A stretch of DNA of 63,725 nucleotides, filler included, from Licmophora abbreviata (GCA_900291995.1; 6 parts of 6 records of this genome joined end to end with filler, not necessarily neighbours in it), one strand, 5' to 3'. Counted from the whole stretch's first letter, positions 25,601 through 37,200 are shown. Translations and numbers: made by a program. Notes: generated by a model not told the origin, from the letters alone.

Positions 25601-26020
25601 TGTCGTGTGCATCTTAACTTCTCTCAGGGACTCAGCGTACTGTGAACCAAGGAAACTGACATCGAGATCTTCATTGTAAGACAAGTAGATTGATTCTAGA
25701 TGGGGGAGCTTGAAAAGCGACAGCGGAGTCCGTCCCGAGAGGTTATTGTCCTTGAGCGACAGCGCCTTGACTCTTGGATTGTCATTCCTCAAGCTTCTTG
25801 AATCGCCTCCCGTTTCTTGCGGCTCGCCGACACAAATGACGCCGTACCAGTCGCAGAGTTCGTCGCTATTGGCGTCCCAGCCGTAATTTTGGTCCCAGCT
25901 GCTCCCGCCAGTCTCGAGGTAAAATTCTTGGAGGATCTTGCGTTCCGATTGCTGTGCGAGGGTGGGCGACAGCAGCGCCAGAAGCGACGCAAGCCACAAG
26001 GCTCCGTTCGGACGCCGCAT
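22682..26020 (-). CDS. Secreted, probably GPI-anchored leucine-rich-repeat protein with three LRRNT-LRR-Cys modules
   Basis: Signal peptide (LWLASLLALLSPTLA). Three ERxIL..GGxxW..W..ICxWYGIxC caps, plant-type LxxLxLxxNxLTGxIP repeats and three C(D/E)(A/G)ILCP..GR..CxxC ends. Hydrophobic C-terminus with no kinase domain. Confidence 0.9.
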   Translation of the reverse strand: MRRPNGALWLASLLALLSPTLAQQSERKILQEFYLETGGSSWDQNYGWDANSDELCDWYGVICVGEPQETGGDSRSLRNDNPRVKALSLKDNNLSGRTPLSLFKLPHLESIYLSYNEDLDVSFLGSQYAESLREVKMHTTATSSIAGISGLRSTLEGLHMSGSTSLGNGVQIPKEIFELTHLTSLHMAECGFEGEVPSELSKLTKLEQFNLLSNELTGSIPRAIADLSKVQVLLLSQNKFAGWLPAFLQELPDLEELFLDNNQLTGDLLPFNRQESLELLFLNYNDLKGTIPSNFLEAVSNNDAVDALRIDLAGNHLTGVVPATLDRLQLKEFKILLADNEFTSIDTDLCDNSLWMDSHVGDFGCDAILCPVRTYNSAGRRTANAQCDRCDTALTMGQTTCLDESDERAILTQLCQATDGPSGWFHKEGWLDSDVDICEWYGITCWDLGETNFKTGKIQMIELDNNGLRGTIPGAIWALEYLSTISISWNPVVLPFEGIDTHNGVRRINIAATDTHDFSGLDKANDVFAHFVADKLRLGGPIPKEVLQVSSLVTLSMAECGLSSEIDDSIGQLSLLEEMYLYGNNLRGQIPEALSSLASLKVLSLAKNKFTGTLPVALEGLKELEALSVTDQTTKGGGISGEILPFSTNTELTSLMLGHNQFEGTIPHNLLKNVDLQASLLVDLSNNVLTGVVPGSLSRFQRMDVMLENNYFTEISNQLCAMDDWMSGGVREFGCEAILCPGSTTTDAGRRVYDNLECRDCGGSSSEFLGQTQCETREPLLTERIALQLLFDNAGGFGWKDSKNWYSEDTHICDWYGITCDDSKSVVSITLGGNGLRGHIPTHLYRLPNLNRLSLFGNDVVFSFEGIENAQHLKSLILDSTGTKSLAGIEKARSLVELNVRFNGLSGSFPTEIMSLVQLESLELSNNKIRGPLPHWLGKLPNLASFLASENDLAGPLVDFVGFKHMVHLDLSHNKLTGSVPETFLFDASSTEKVFADLSYNQIGGTLPFDLERLDRLSIVLKNNKIEAIDKRLCEISGWNDYDVQAYGCDGILCPIGTSSNAGRQISQELSCEPCQKAKYMGSSDCHSAAWRHLASVSVSLASLMATALLLM

Positions 26021-26479
26021 GGTGCTGGAGAGAAGCGATAGTACTTGTACTAAAGGCACTTTGAACTTGTATAATCTAAAATGCAAGGCACCTCTCGTCT
26101 CGCGGCTTGCGCTTGCTATCTGCTACTATCGAACTCTTCCAAATTTAGTGCGATGTTGAATGTGTTGAGCACAATGATGGCGCCGGTTGCGCTCCTAAGA
26201 TTCCTCAGCCTCGATTTACATCGAATGCGCGAGTCGTGCCGGTGACGGATTCTACTTAGATGTTGATCCGTTCAACGTATGCTAAAATCATATTCATTTA
26301 CTTATTATCATATAAAGGAACCCGGACGTGCGTCGCAGCGGTCATTTTGGAACTCTTTGATGGTAAAAATTAAAAATGGCGAAAGCCCGTTTCTAGTTTG
26401 TAGACCTAGTTTGTGACCCGCGCCCATTGAAGCAAGGAACACAGTGAGAGAAAGACGTCGATTACATATAACGCGGCCC

Positions 26480-29400
26480 ATGTCGTCTTCTATATCTCCT
26501 ACATCGTCCTCGTCGACTTCTCGGCAGCACCAGCCGTCGCAGATCTCGTCGTATTCGTACATCTCGACCCTCGAAAAGCAGTACTCGGAACCGGTGGGAC
26601 AGCGCATCATGATGCTTGTCAAACTCAACGCCAATTGCTGTATTGCGGGGGGAGTCGAGACTGTACTCAAACTAGGAAAGCAAAATAAGAACAGAGGGAC
26701 TGGTACTGCGGACGTCTCAACGAATGGCGTCGCTCCGGCGTTCAGCCACCAGGACTCCGCGACCTCCGATACCGCCAGCAATACCAGCACTGGGAGCGAC
26801 CCCTTTGGCTTCCTGAATGCCGACGCTACAGAACCAAGCAGTGTGTCTGCCCCGATAAACTCAAGAAAAAAGGGAGCCCATCACAAGATTGGTGGATTTC
26901 TCAAAAAGGTGGCCAAGTCGACGACATCCAATCTGGAACGAGGCATTCATGGACTCGCCATCAAGGCGGATGGAGGCAAGAATCCGGATGTCTTGTTTGT
27001 GGGACTCTATGATTCCGGAGAACTCATCGGTCTGGCAGAAGGGGTCCCTCTACCGACCATGGAGCACGAGCGTTTGCAAGGATGCACCTTTCGAATTCCC
27101 ATTGCCGTCCCTCCCACTACGCCTAACATGACGACGCTCGAACTGAGACTCTACATTCGTAGCGGTGCGGCGTTGCTGCAAAGTACCAAGTCAGCCAGGC
27201 ATTATCTACTAGGCAGCGTACTGATCGGAGTGCAGCAGTTGCAACAGGTTGTTGCACGGCAGCAGTCCAAGAATTCGGCCATGTCGCCTTCGGCGACATA
27301 TCTGAGTCTAGCGCTCAACTCAGACATCGTCGTCGATGGCCAAATGCAGGTGACTGTGTTTGCTGATAAGAAGTTCCCCCCTCTTACTGGACGAGGGTGG
27401 TCCTTAACAGATCCTGACTTAAATGGGTATACGAGTAATTCACTGTACCATTGGCCATTGGATCAGTCGTACGTCTTCACGTCGGACAACAAGAGCGTTA
27501 CCTACCTCGCAACGGAACGGGCGATTGAGAGTACTATTGTCTTGCCCGTTGCTACGGCATACGCGAAGTTGTGCCAAGACGCATGTCGAACTTCCTTGCA
27601 ACATGCGACGAGTGTTGCGCAGTCTTTATTGACGAATCGCCATGATGCGGCTTCTCCCCAATCCAAGGCGACCGTTGATTTTAGTGTGGGGTACTTGCAT
27701 TTGGCAGACGCGTATGCGAATCGGCAGGCATCAACGGCGACACTCAGTGTGAACTGGCAACGACCGGATTCGATCTTTGAAGTCGAGCTTATTGGAAACT
27801 CGCGACTCCCGATACAGACGATCTTGGTTGGCTATGCTCCGACCGTGTCCACCATGATTCATCCTCCATTGGTAGCATTCGATCGGGTCCTACCGGCATT
27901 GAAGGCACAGTATGGAGGAACCGAAAGGTCGTCACCGCCGCCCTCATTTTTGTTAGGAAACGTCGTGTTGCAGTTGCGCCTCTCAACACCGACGAGCAGT
28001 AGTAGTGGCAACGCAGCGGTGGCCGGCGATCCCTTTGCCTCGATTGGAAGTGGTAGTCATGCGGTCGCATCAGCGGAAGAAATCTGGCATGCTGTGCTTC
28101 CGTTAGAACAATATGCCCATACTGCTGCGCCGACGCCGACGCCCGTGTCTGTGCCGGCCTACAGCTCATCTACGGGAGCCCAGACTGGAACGATTGTCCT
28201 CCAGATGCAGGTTACGCTTCCGCAAGGAGGAGCATCGAGCGCTACACGTCCGCCCATTACGAGCTGTGCGGGAGGACTCGTCTCGTTGGTCGGATTGGAT
28301 ACTCTCACAGAGGACAATGGCGCTTCGCCTGTTTTAGACTGGGATATATCATCGTCGAAAGCAATGACAGATCCTGCTCAGCAGCGGCGACAGCAACAGC
28401 TCAGTACTATGGGCAGTTTTGTCGCTCATGCGTATCTTCAGCAACACATCCAGAACTTTCGTTCGCAAGACATGTCCAGAATTGAGGATCGCTACGGCAA
28501 GTATCGGACGGCCTTGTCGTACAATCCTCAAGGCGACATGGTGCCCAGCTCGGAAGACAAGACCCCCAAGCCGTTTCGTCCAAGCTCGAGTCGTATGGAG
28601 GTCAGCTTGAGCGGCATCCCCTTCAATGTTCACATTCACACCATGTCAGTTGAACACGTTGATCAGCCCCAACAAGGCGTTCTTTTTCAGAACGTTACAC
28701 ATGGTGCTCCTGCTGATCACGCCCGTGGCTTCGACAATCTCATTGCTCCAGGCAACGGTACGAACGGCGCTACCAACTCGCCCGTGGGTCCCGTTTCAGG
28801 AGGCCTCCGTCGACTGGAAGCCAAACGAGTTGAACTAGCAAAGGCTGTCGTCGGCGCTCAGTCGGCTTTGATTGGTGCGGTGGCGAATCACTTTGCTGTT
28901 GCGCGCCAGAACCAGAACTTTGTTCACCACATTTCTGCACGCGATGCCACGACAGCATCGTTACGCTGGAACGTTTTTGAAGCGACGCAGGCCCTCCATC
29001 ACGTAACTTGGGCTTGCGCGGCCCGTCGTGCCAATGTTTTCTCACAGGCACTCGGTATCGCCATGAGCTCATACCTTGCGTCTCTAAGCGATGCAAACAA
29101 AATTTCGACGGGATGGCCCGACCTTTGGGCGCGGCACGGTTTCTTGGTCACCTTCGAAGGACTCTTGTCGTCCGCCGGAAAGGAGCTCGGGATGATTGAA
29201 GATGCGGCTGTTGGAATTGGCATGCTGCGTATGGCAAGCGTGATCTTGGTGGCTGATGATGGCACGAATGGGTCGTCAGAGGAGGGTCGAGTGGCGATTC
29301 CCAACTCGCCGTATATGAAGTGGGTGCACTTGTCAGAGTCACGTGAGGGTAGTGCGACCCAGTACCGTGTGGAGGTGGGAATAGATCCATTGTACTACGC

Positions 29401-30256
29401 CCAGCGGATTCCTGCACCGCTCAAGAATGGACATGGCATGCGTTTCTACCCACTTTTGTTCCAAGTCGGCGTCGACATTCGACAATGGGGAGCCAATACA
29501 CAAAAGAACGCAAAAAGTCAGTTTGTTTCGATGGAATCGGAAATCGAGGCAGGCGCACCGAGCGGCGGACTAATTGACGACGAAGACGACGACGACGGTA
29601 CGTAATGAGAAGGATGTTATGGCGTACATTTTTGATCTCGAGCGTCGCTTACTTCGCTTGCTCGGATTCTCGCAGTTGGCGTTGCGGACAACGACGTACT
29701 GGTTCAAATCAACTACGATGCTCTTCGCAAGATGAACGCGTATGCGTACATGATCTCTCCTTTGCAGACACCGCCGGGCAACGGTGGGGCTGAGACAAGT
29801 GGAAACCCTGTGAACATGCAAGTGCATCCGTCCTTGAAGACTCTGCACGAGCATATCTTGTCGTCAGCCAACAGGGTGAATCACAGTATTCTGGATGATG
29901 CCGCAGCAGCCTGTCACGCACTGGGTGGCGGCAGCGCTGTCTTTTGCAAGTCGGGTAAGGACCGCACGGCGATGCACGTAACATACAAGTCGGCTCAGTT
30001 CATCCATGGATATCTCCAAAGGACGGGTGCTGGTCCTCCCATCATCCAGCCAAGTACCGTGTACGACGACGCAACCATGATGAGAGTGCACGGGACGCGG
30101 CTTCCGATTTGCGACAAGAATGTCGGCCAAGCCAAATATGCCTTCAACTCACTGCAAGTTCAGTTCATGCCTGACATGTTGAAGCCGCCACCTAGTACCC
30201 TCGCTGGCTTCTTGAAAGGAGGGCGCGTGTTCGGTCCAGGGGGTATTGAGAGTTGA
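26480..30256 (+). CDS. Inositol polyphosphate 4-phosphatase-like protein
   Basis: Intron 29598-29675 joins the 1053-aa and 174-aa ORFs in frame. Catalytic CKSGKDRT (CX5R), plus FEGLLS.AGKE.GMIED, LFQVGV and KYAFNSLQ..P..LKPP, all typical of INPP4. Confidence 0.85.
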
Positions 30257-30643
30257 TTTGTTCCTTAGTTAATGGACGTGGCCGAGGTTGATAGACTACA
30301 ACGACATTCTACCATTCTAGTACTCAAGTAGAGCAGAGAGTCCGTTGCGTTTTCTTCTCCCTCCTGTCTCCGGATGGAATCGAGTACCGACTAGACCGTA
30401 GCGATACGATACCAACGAGCGTGAGTCAAGTCAACCTGTCGTACAGGTCTCGTGTGGAGCGGCGGCAATACAAACTTTTCGGTTCGAGGAAGATCTGTTG
30501 TCTTCGATATCAGAGAAAGACTATCAAAGACTATACCTAATTGATGATATCCTAACTAATATTTACGACTGTGAGACTTGACAGCTCCCTTCACTAGTCG
30601 AAACTTTTCATATCAGAAGATGGTTTCGAGCAGTGAGACCAGT

Positions 30644-31381
30644 CTATCGGGCGTTCTTGGCACGACATTCGCGCAGGTCCGCCTTGTATTGCTCGTTTTC
30701 GTCAGTGAGCTTCTTGTTCCACATCTTCATTTCAGTGACCTTATCCTCTCTTCCCTGGAGCAGCTCCACGAGTTCATCAATGTCTTCATGCTTCTGGTTG
30801 AGAGTTTCCTCGAGTTCGGTGAAGCCCTGATGATGATCTTCCCTTGCTTGGATGAGACGCTCGATTTGTGCATCTTTCTGCTCGAGGTACCCCAAGAGTT
30901 CTTCCACATTGTTGTGCTTCTCATTGAGCGATTCTTCGAGTTCAGAGAAATCCTTGCGCTTCTCCCGAGCCTCCTTGCGGTACCTGTCGCGCTCCTCCTT
31001 GTACCTCTGGAACTTGCTGATCGCGTGAGAGTGCGATCGGCCCCCAATGGTGGTGAGAATCTTGGTGTGCTTTCCGCGGTAGTGAAGAGTCGAGTAAAGG
31101 AAGACAAAGCACATCAACCCCATCCACGTCAAGGGACTCTGGAGGTACATGACGATGGTGGAGACGATAGAAGATCCGCCGCGACGGCCGCGACGAGCCT
31201 TGCTGTTGTCGGGCGGAGTGGTGTAGGCGACGTCGTACGAAGACGCCGTTTCGCCCGAGTATCCTCCGTAACTTCCTCCTGCGCCACCTCCACTGTATCC
31301 GCTGTATCCACTGGCATTGTATCCAGCGGCTCCCCCGCCGTAGCTGGGGAGCGTCGCGCCTCCGTACCCGCTTCCGACCAT
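30644..31381 (-). CDS. Single-pass membrane protein with Gly/Tyr/Ser-rich N-terminus and repeated coiled coil
   Basis: ATG at 31381 (MVGSGYGG...), hydrophobic segment LTWMGLMCFVFLY and a C-terminal E/K-rich heptad region with an internal duplication. Confidence 0.75.
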   Translation of the reverse strand: MVGSGYGGATLPSYGGGAAGYNASGYSGYSGGGAGGSYGGYSGETASSYDVAYTTPPDNSKARRGRRGGSSIVSTIVMYLQSPLTWMGLMCFVFLYSTLHYRGKHTKILTTIGGRSHSHAISKFQRYKEERDRYRKEAREKRKDFSELEESLNEKHNNVEELLGYLEQKDAQIERLIQAREDHHQGFTELEETLNQKHEDIDELVELLQGREDKVTEMKMWNKKLTDENEQYKADLRECRAKNAR

Positions 31382-31618
31382 CGTCGTCGTCGTCTTTCGA
31401 AATTTTGCAGTGAACTGCGAGACTGTGCTTGGAAGCATCCCGGGAAAGCAGAAAAAACTCGCAAAGTGAACGTACTCTGGCGTGATGGCAGCCAAACGCT
31501 TCGACGCGTCCTGTCATTTTTATTTTTTCATTCCACGTCGTGCTCTGTCCGCGCTCATGCTAGTCGAGTGAGTCGAGTCATGAGTCGAGTAAGTCGTAGG
31601 CGGGAGTCGAAACTGGTG

Positions 31619-31718
31619 NNNNNNNNNNNNNNNNNNNNNNNNNNNNNNNNNNNNNNNNNNNNTTAATTAATTAANNNNNNNNNNNNNNNNNNNNNNNNNN
31701 NNNNNNNNNNNNNNNNNN
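31619..31718. other. Scaffold gap with artificial linker
   Basis: 44 N + TTAATTAATTAA (stops in all six frames) + 44 N. Confidence 0.98.
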
Positions 31719-31806
31719 AACCGCTTTTTCCTCACAGACCAGTATTCTTCGTAGGAGGCCCGTCGTGTCCGTCCATTGTCGTTGTTTTAAGCTCGCTAGG
31801 CTGCCC

Positions 31807-32742
31807 ATGTCTTTTTTTCGAAGGATCTTGTGCTACGCATCGCTGCTTCTAGTTGGAGTGGACTCGTTCTCGCCAGGATTTACACGGGATGCTCGAGCCG
31901 TTTCACCGACATTGAAAATGACTAGCACTGAACCTACTTCAGAAACCACTAATACCGCCACAGAACACATACAGGAGATGCTAACAAGAGGAGATGATGG
32001 GAGCTTTCTGGACATATACATTACTTTGGCGAACAGAGCGATTGACCTTTGCGAGTCATCTCCTGCAGATAGGGTTTTCATTGGAGTTGCTGGTGGACCT
32101 GGTAGCGGGAAGAGCACACTCGCTGACATCGTTTGTGGTATCATCAACAAGAAATCTGACGATACGCAAGTCGCCGTAGTGTTACCAATGGACGGATATC
32201 ACATTTCCCGTGCCGAACTAGAGAATATGGGAATTCTAGGAGAAATCATCGGTGATGTGGAGTCTGCCAGCAATGGAGAGAGTACGTCTTATATGGATCT
32301 GTTGGCTCGACGGGGGTCACCCTGGACGTTTGATGCTGAGTCGCTCAAGCAGGACTTCTTCAGAGCAAAAGAACAAGGAGAGGCAAGTCTACCAACGTAT
32401 GATAGAGATCTCTCGGATCCAGTTCCTGGAGGGGTTAATCTTGAAAAGCATCACCAGATAGTTTTATGCGAAGGACTCTATTTGTGCGCTTTTGATTCAT
32501 CTGACTGGGCACCACTTAGAGAATTATGGGACGATTCCTGGTATGTTACAGCGCCGGAAGAAGTCATTCTAGAGCGGCTCATCAAACGTCATCTTGAAAA
32601 CTGGAGCGACGAAAAAACAGAGCTCTGGGGGGAAGGACGCTCGGGGGCGGAGGCCAAAGCCCGGGCAAACGACTTCAAGAACGCCGTGTGGGTTGAGCAG
32701 AACTCGAAGCACCACACTGACCTGGTCGTTCAACATTACTAA
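31807..32742 (+). CDS. Plastid-targeted P-loop kinase, uridine/pantothenate kinase-like (YggC/YFH7 type)
   Basis: IGVAGGPGSGKST, VLPMDGYH, RRGSPWTFD, PTYDR..DPV, EGLYL and RLIKRH. Signal peptide ends at VDS-F (ASAF-type). Confidence 0.85.
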   Translation: MSFFRRILCYASLLLVGVDSFSPGFTRDARAVSPTLKMTSTEPTSETTNTATEHIQEMLTRGDDGSFLDIYITLANRAIDLCESSPADRVFIGVAGGPGSGKSTLADIVCGIINKKSDDTQVAVVLPMDGYHISRAELENMGILGEIIGDVESASNGESTSYMDLLARRGSPWTFDAESLKQDFFRAKEQGEASLPTYDRDLSDPVPGGVNLEKHHQIVLCEGLYLCAFDSSDWAPLRELWDDSWYVTAPEEVILERLIKRHLENWSDEKTELWGEGRSGAEAKARANDFKNAVWVEQNSKHHTDLVVQHY

Positions 32743-32886
32743 AGACATTTTGATCGCTGCTCCGAGGAAAGCGATGTCTTTTTGAATTAGAAACTAGTCT
32801 AGGAGTTTGCTAGAAGTGTTTCTCTAGTACATACTCCACCCATTGCTCGGTTTCCATTGAAGCGGATCATGCCCAATGGTCTCTCG

Positions 32887-33945
32887 TTAGACCGGGCATG
32901 TCTCATTTAGTTTCCTCGTGTGACTCTGGATGGCACTACATTCGCCTTCCTCGTATTGATACAACGGCTCGAGGCTAGTCCCGAGAGTGCAATCATCAAC
33001 GTTGAGATTTGCTCGCCACTGCATGATGGTCAGTCCGTGTCGAAACGGCAACCTTTCGTCATCATGCAAAGAGATTCTCTGAAACCCGCAGTCTTCTTGC
33101 TGGAGCCACTGAGCAATGAGTCGCTCAATGGGCTGATGAGCATACCCAGGTGGGTTTTCATTCCAAGCTGGCTTCTTTCTGTCCTTATCATGGGCTTCCT
33201 TGGGGTGCAACCCGGTATCGTGCAAAAAGATGAAGCCCTCTTTCGAAAGGAATTTGTTCTTGAGAATGTTTCGAACGATCTCTTGGGTCGGATGAAATGC
33301 ATGGCAGTCCAACAGCAGAGCATCAATCGGTCTCCCATCAATATCATCCAACGTCAGCTCAGCCGCGTCCTTTTGAAGAAACTTGTGGGGCACTGGATGC
33401 TCGTCCCACTGCTTTACGGGATTCTTATCGACGGTGTAGACTGTGCTGTCCTGTTTGCACCGAACAGCCTCCAGAAAGTTCCAAGCCGAATCACCCTTCC
33501 AGCCTCCAATCTCCAACACACGATGAACAGACGAAGTTCGGATGATACTAAACACGGAGAGCATCTCGTCAGCCTGCATAGGTCCAAACATGCGTTGGGC
33601 AGGGTAGTCGGCCGACGGCTGGCGCAAGTGGTCTAGTTGACTGGAAAGGTTGCATGTCGGATTTTCTTCTATCGTGTGGTTATCCTTCGCCTCTTTCACC
33701 TGACTCTCTTGAAGTCGTCTGAGAAGTTGGTCTCTTTCTTCGGTCAGTTGCGAGATCTGAGCTGTAAGGGCATAATTATCTTCGTCGAGGCGCCGGAGGG
33801 GATCGAGGGCTGACGAAACCTCTTCTCCCGCGAAAAAACAGGATTGAACGGCTGATCCGACGATGAAACCGATCATCACCAAGCTGGCCACTAACATCCA
33901 TGTCCCGGATAGTCGACTGGAGCCTTTCAACCTTCGAGGGATCAT
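32887..33945 (-). CDS. Type II membrane class I SAM-dependent methyltransferase (Methyltransf_24-like)
   Basis: N-terminal TM helix and coiled-coil stem, then VLEIGGWKGDS, YTVD, IDALLLDCH and FIFLHDT. Confidence 0.75.
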   Translation of the reverse strand: MIPRRLKGSSRLSGTWMLVASLVMIGFIVGSAVQSCFFAGEEVSSALDPLRRLDEDNYALTAQISQLTEERDQLLRRLQESQVKEAKDNHTIEENPTCNLSSQLDHLRQPSADYPAQRMFGPMQADEMLSVFSIIRTSSVHRVLEIGGWKGDSAWNFLEAVRCKQDSTVYTVDKNPVKQWDEHPVPHKFLQKDAAELTLDDIDGRPIDALLLDCHAFHPTQEIVRNILKNKFLSKEGFIFLHDTGLHPKEAHDKDRKKPAWNENPPGYAHQPIERLIAQWLQQEDCGFQRISLHDDERLPFRHGLTIMQWRANLNVDDCTLGTSLEPLYQYEEGECSAIQSHTRKLNETCPV

Positions 33946-34224
33946 CTTGGCCGGACCGATCGATGGCGGCTTCGCTGACGATTTTGTGAGAGACAATCGC
34001 GTCTTTTGACACCTTTATAGAGTCATCGCAGAATGTCAATCGAGCCCAAGAGATGTCCGTGATTAAAACTCATTCGTGACTGACACAATCGATTTGAGTC
34101 GAGTCATTCATTCGTTCCTACAGGTATGATACAGTGGATACATCACTAATGTGCAGGATTCGATTATGGAACACTTCAAAGCAAGCTTCTTCTAATCGCT
34201 TCGAAACAGAGTTGACCCATTTTC

Positions 34225-37200
34225 TCATCCGTGTGACACATAGCGTCGATCCCAGTTCATGAACCCGCGACAGTTCGATGCACCGCAGTGGCATTCGATT
34301 CGCCTCGTCTCGTCGAACTCGAATGCGAACTTATAATCATAGCATAGCTCGGTCCCGATTTGGATGTCTTTCTTGGCGTAGATGACGATGCGTTTCACGC
34401 CATTCAGAGTCACTATCTGTGTGTAGCAGTTAGGATCACAGCTTGCGTTGATAAATCGAGCAACGTTCCCTTGCTTCGTCGCATCACACACCGTGAAAGC
34501 ATCGATTCGAAACATGTAGTCGCTTCCTATTTTCGCCAGCTCGTACTCGTTCTCTCGTTTCTCAGCGACCGCGTTGCCGATCAGCTCACCCCGGTACTCA
34601 ACGACCATGTCACCAGCACTGATGTCCATGTCGGCAAAAACACCCCATGCGTGAATACTGCTCCTATCGAACCGCAGCTGTTGCTCGCGGCCTGCTAGCA
34701 GATCAAACTCAAGACCTGACGCTCCTATGGACGCAACGTCTTTCATCATTCTCCGCTGAGTCGCACGTGCAGCACGACTAGCTGATTTCTTCCTAGGAAG
34801 CTCCGGATCTCTTGCGCGCTTCTGACCTTGAGCCCTATATTCACTTTTCGACTTGATTTAGGTGTTGCGGATGAAGGAGAAGGGTTTGTGTCGGTGACTT
34901 TTGAAAGTTTCGTCGATCCACTCAATCGTTTTTTGAGTGGCTCATAAGGCGTCGATCTACTGCAGGTCACGAAAGCTCCCGCTACTGGTTTCGTGGCTTC
35001 GTCGTTCACATCGTCAGTTGCACCGTTCTCTTTCGACGGACGCTCGATGCCGGCTCTTGCACACTTCTGCTCCACGACTGTCTTCTTCTGTTTCGTTGCA
35101 AAGCCGTCCGATGCCCTCGTAGCAGAAAGTTCCTCGTTAGTTTTCGTAAATGCCTTCAGAGATGACACAGAGAACTTGTCAACGTTTATGAACCTGAATG
35201 GGAGCTCGAAATCCACCGGAAGTATCACAGAGAGTCTAGACATCGTCTTTCCAATAGCATTCATCGGCGCGCTACATTTGGAGCGATCCCAATCGACTCC
35301 AGCCCCACGACATGATCGGCAAAGAGTGCGGTCATCAGCTATCGCTTTGACTCCCGTTGATGACAAATCCCAAAGCATGCAATGCTTGTGTAGTGTAGTG
35401 CGGCACTCAGCACAAGAAAATGCAGACCTACACGTATTCCCACAGATGCTGCAAAGCGATGCCATGCGATCTACGATGCCACCGCTTGCTCCCCCTCCCA
35501 TTACCTTCTCTGCTTGCTCGACACTCTTTTCCAGCATCGACTCCAGCGATAGGTCAGTCCCCACGCTACATCCCCGACAATCACATGGCAGTCCGAAACG
35601 CGATCCCCTCTTCTCTTTCCCAAGTGCCTGGACAGCATTGTGACAATTTTCACAGAAATATCCCCAACGAGCAGCCTCTCCCTCGGCCCTCACCAATACT
35701 CGCTTCTTTGACCTTATGATCGCTGCTTTTCTACAACGATGACACACATCTTTAGCTTCCCCGGTGCCAGTTTTCAGAGCGTCAGTTGACGACATCGTCC
35801 CAGAGCCGCAGATTCCATTCGCACTCAAAGCCACCCCAACCCGTGTTGGTTTGTATAAATCCTGCTTCAAGGAGTACTCGAGAGAAACGACCGGTTCCAT
35901 AGTGGAACGCGGAGTTCCATTCATCAACGGAGTGTGTACCCGCTCCAGCCGGCGGTGGATAATGACAACCTCCTCGACGGGCACTTGTAACAGCGGCTCT
36001 GACGATGCTTGTACCTGATCTCCGTTTTCGGCGATTCGATCACTGGTACAGTCAAAAACATCAAAGAGCCCGTGATACGACATTCGCCCACTCTTGGTGT
36101 GCTCCGGCAAGACCATGCGGCGCATCGTCACGGTCGCCAGGCTGCTACTGCATGGTCCCGAAGATGGGATCACACGCAGAACCTCTCCCACAATCCCAAA
36201 CGACGGATCCGGAGCTGGTTCACTCTGCTGGAATCTACTGTCGTCGAGCCTTCTGGCCAACCAACGAAAGTTACGTTCCTGCTGCGCCTTGCTATCGTGA
36301 CCGTCTCCGATGTAGCGCGTCAAAGATTCGGATTCAGTGCTTGCAGTTTGTCTTTTCATGGTTTCGTTCGAGTCTGCGGGACCTGTTCCTGTGGTTGTTG
36401 GTATCTTCTTCTTATGGCTATTTGCCCCAAATAGTACAACTCGCTTCCGAATGACCCACTTCGCGGTCAGCGCATCGTTCGAAGTGACATCGCGCAGACC
36501 AGATGAATCTGCCAACCGAATCTTGATGCTCACTTTGTTCTTGCCCCGGATAATATCTTCAAGATTGCGCAGCTTTTTCTCGGAACTGCTCATCCGATTC
36601 GAAGCATTGACTTCTTCTGGTCCCCCGAGTTGCTCCAAGAACAACAGACGGTCTGAGACCTCCTGATCAACAAGCAGCTCCACAGTAGTCCCACATGAGA
36701 TACGTTGCCGTCGCTGGTGTCTCTGTCTATCGAATTCATCCTCGTAATCTAGAATCGAAATGACCTCCCCTTCCACACTGCGATCCTCCCCAACGGATGA
36801 CTTTGGGAAGCGACATCGTATTCGTCGTCCAATCAAGGCCAGACCCTCGTCTCTACCAGGCATCGGATCAGTCCACACTTCACAAAAGTCATATGAATCT
36901 GAAATTCTTTCTATCATTGGTTCGTTGTTGACGAGAGTAACATGGTTGCCGCCCGGACGAAAGCGCAGTGCGACAATACAGCCCTTCTTGATACGAAAAG
37001 GTCTTTTTCGTTTCTTGCTGACTTGATTCTGTGTCCCATTGAACGCCGCAGTGTCAATTTTCAGTTTCGTTTCGGTCTTGACTATTCGGTTGGTCTTCCC
37101 TTCTTGGGACGAAGGCATAGCAGCGCTGCTGCTTCTCGGCGAGGATGGAGATGACGACATGAAGGAGCGTTTGTCAGATGAGAATTTTCCCTCTCTTCCC

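Noticed and set aside
31561..31610. Short GAGTCGAGT-like tandem motifs next to a gap
   Set aside because: Only about 50 nt, irregular, and without unique spacers. Not CRISPR or telomere; at most a low-complexity promoter tract.
30578..31666. 362-aa plus-strand ORF
   Set aside because: It is the antisense shadow of the minus-strand coiled-coil gene, has no ATG start and runs into the gap.
31663..31674. TTAATTAATTAA recurring five times, resembling a repeat or regulatory element
   Set aside because: It is always centred in N-runs of a 100-nt gap, so it is an assembly linker.
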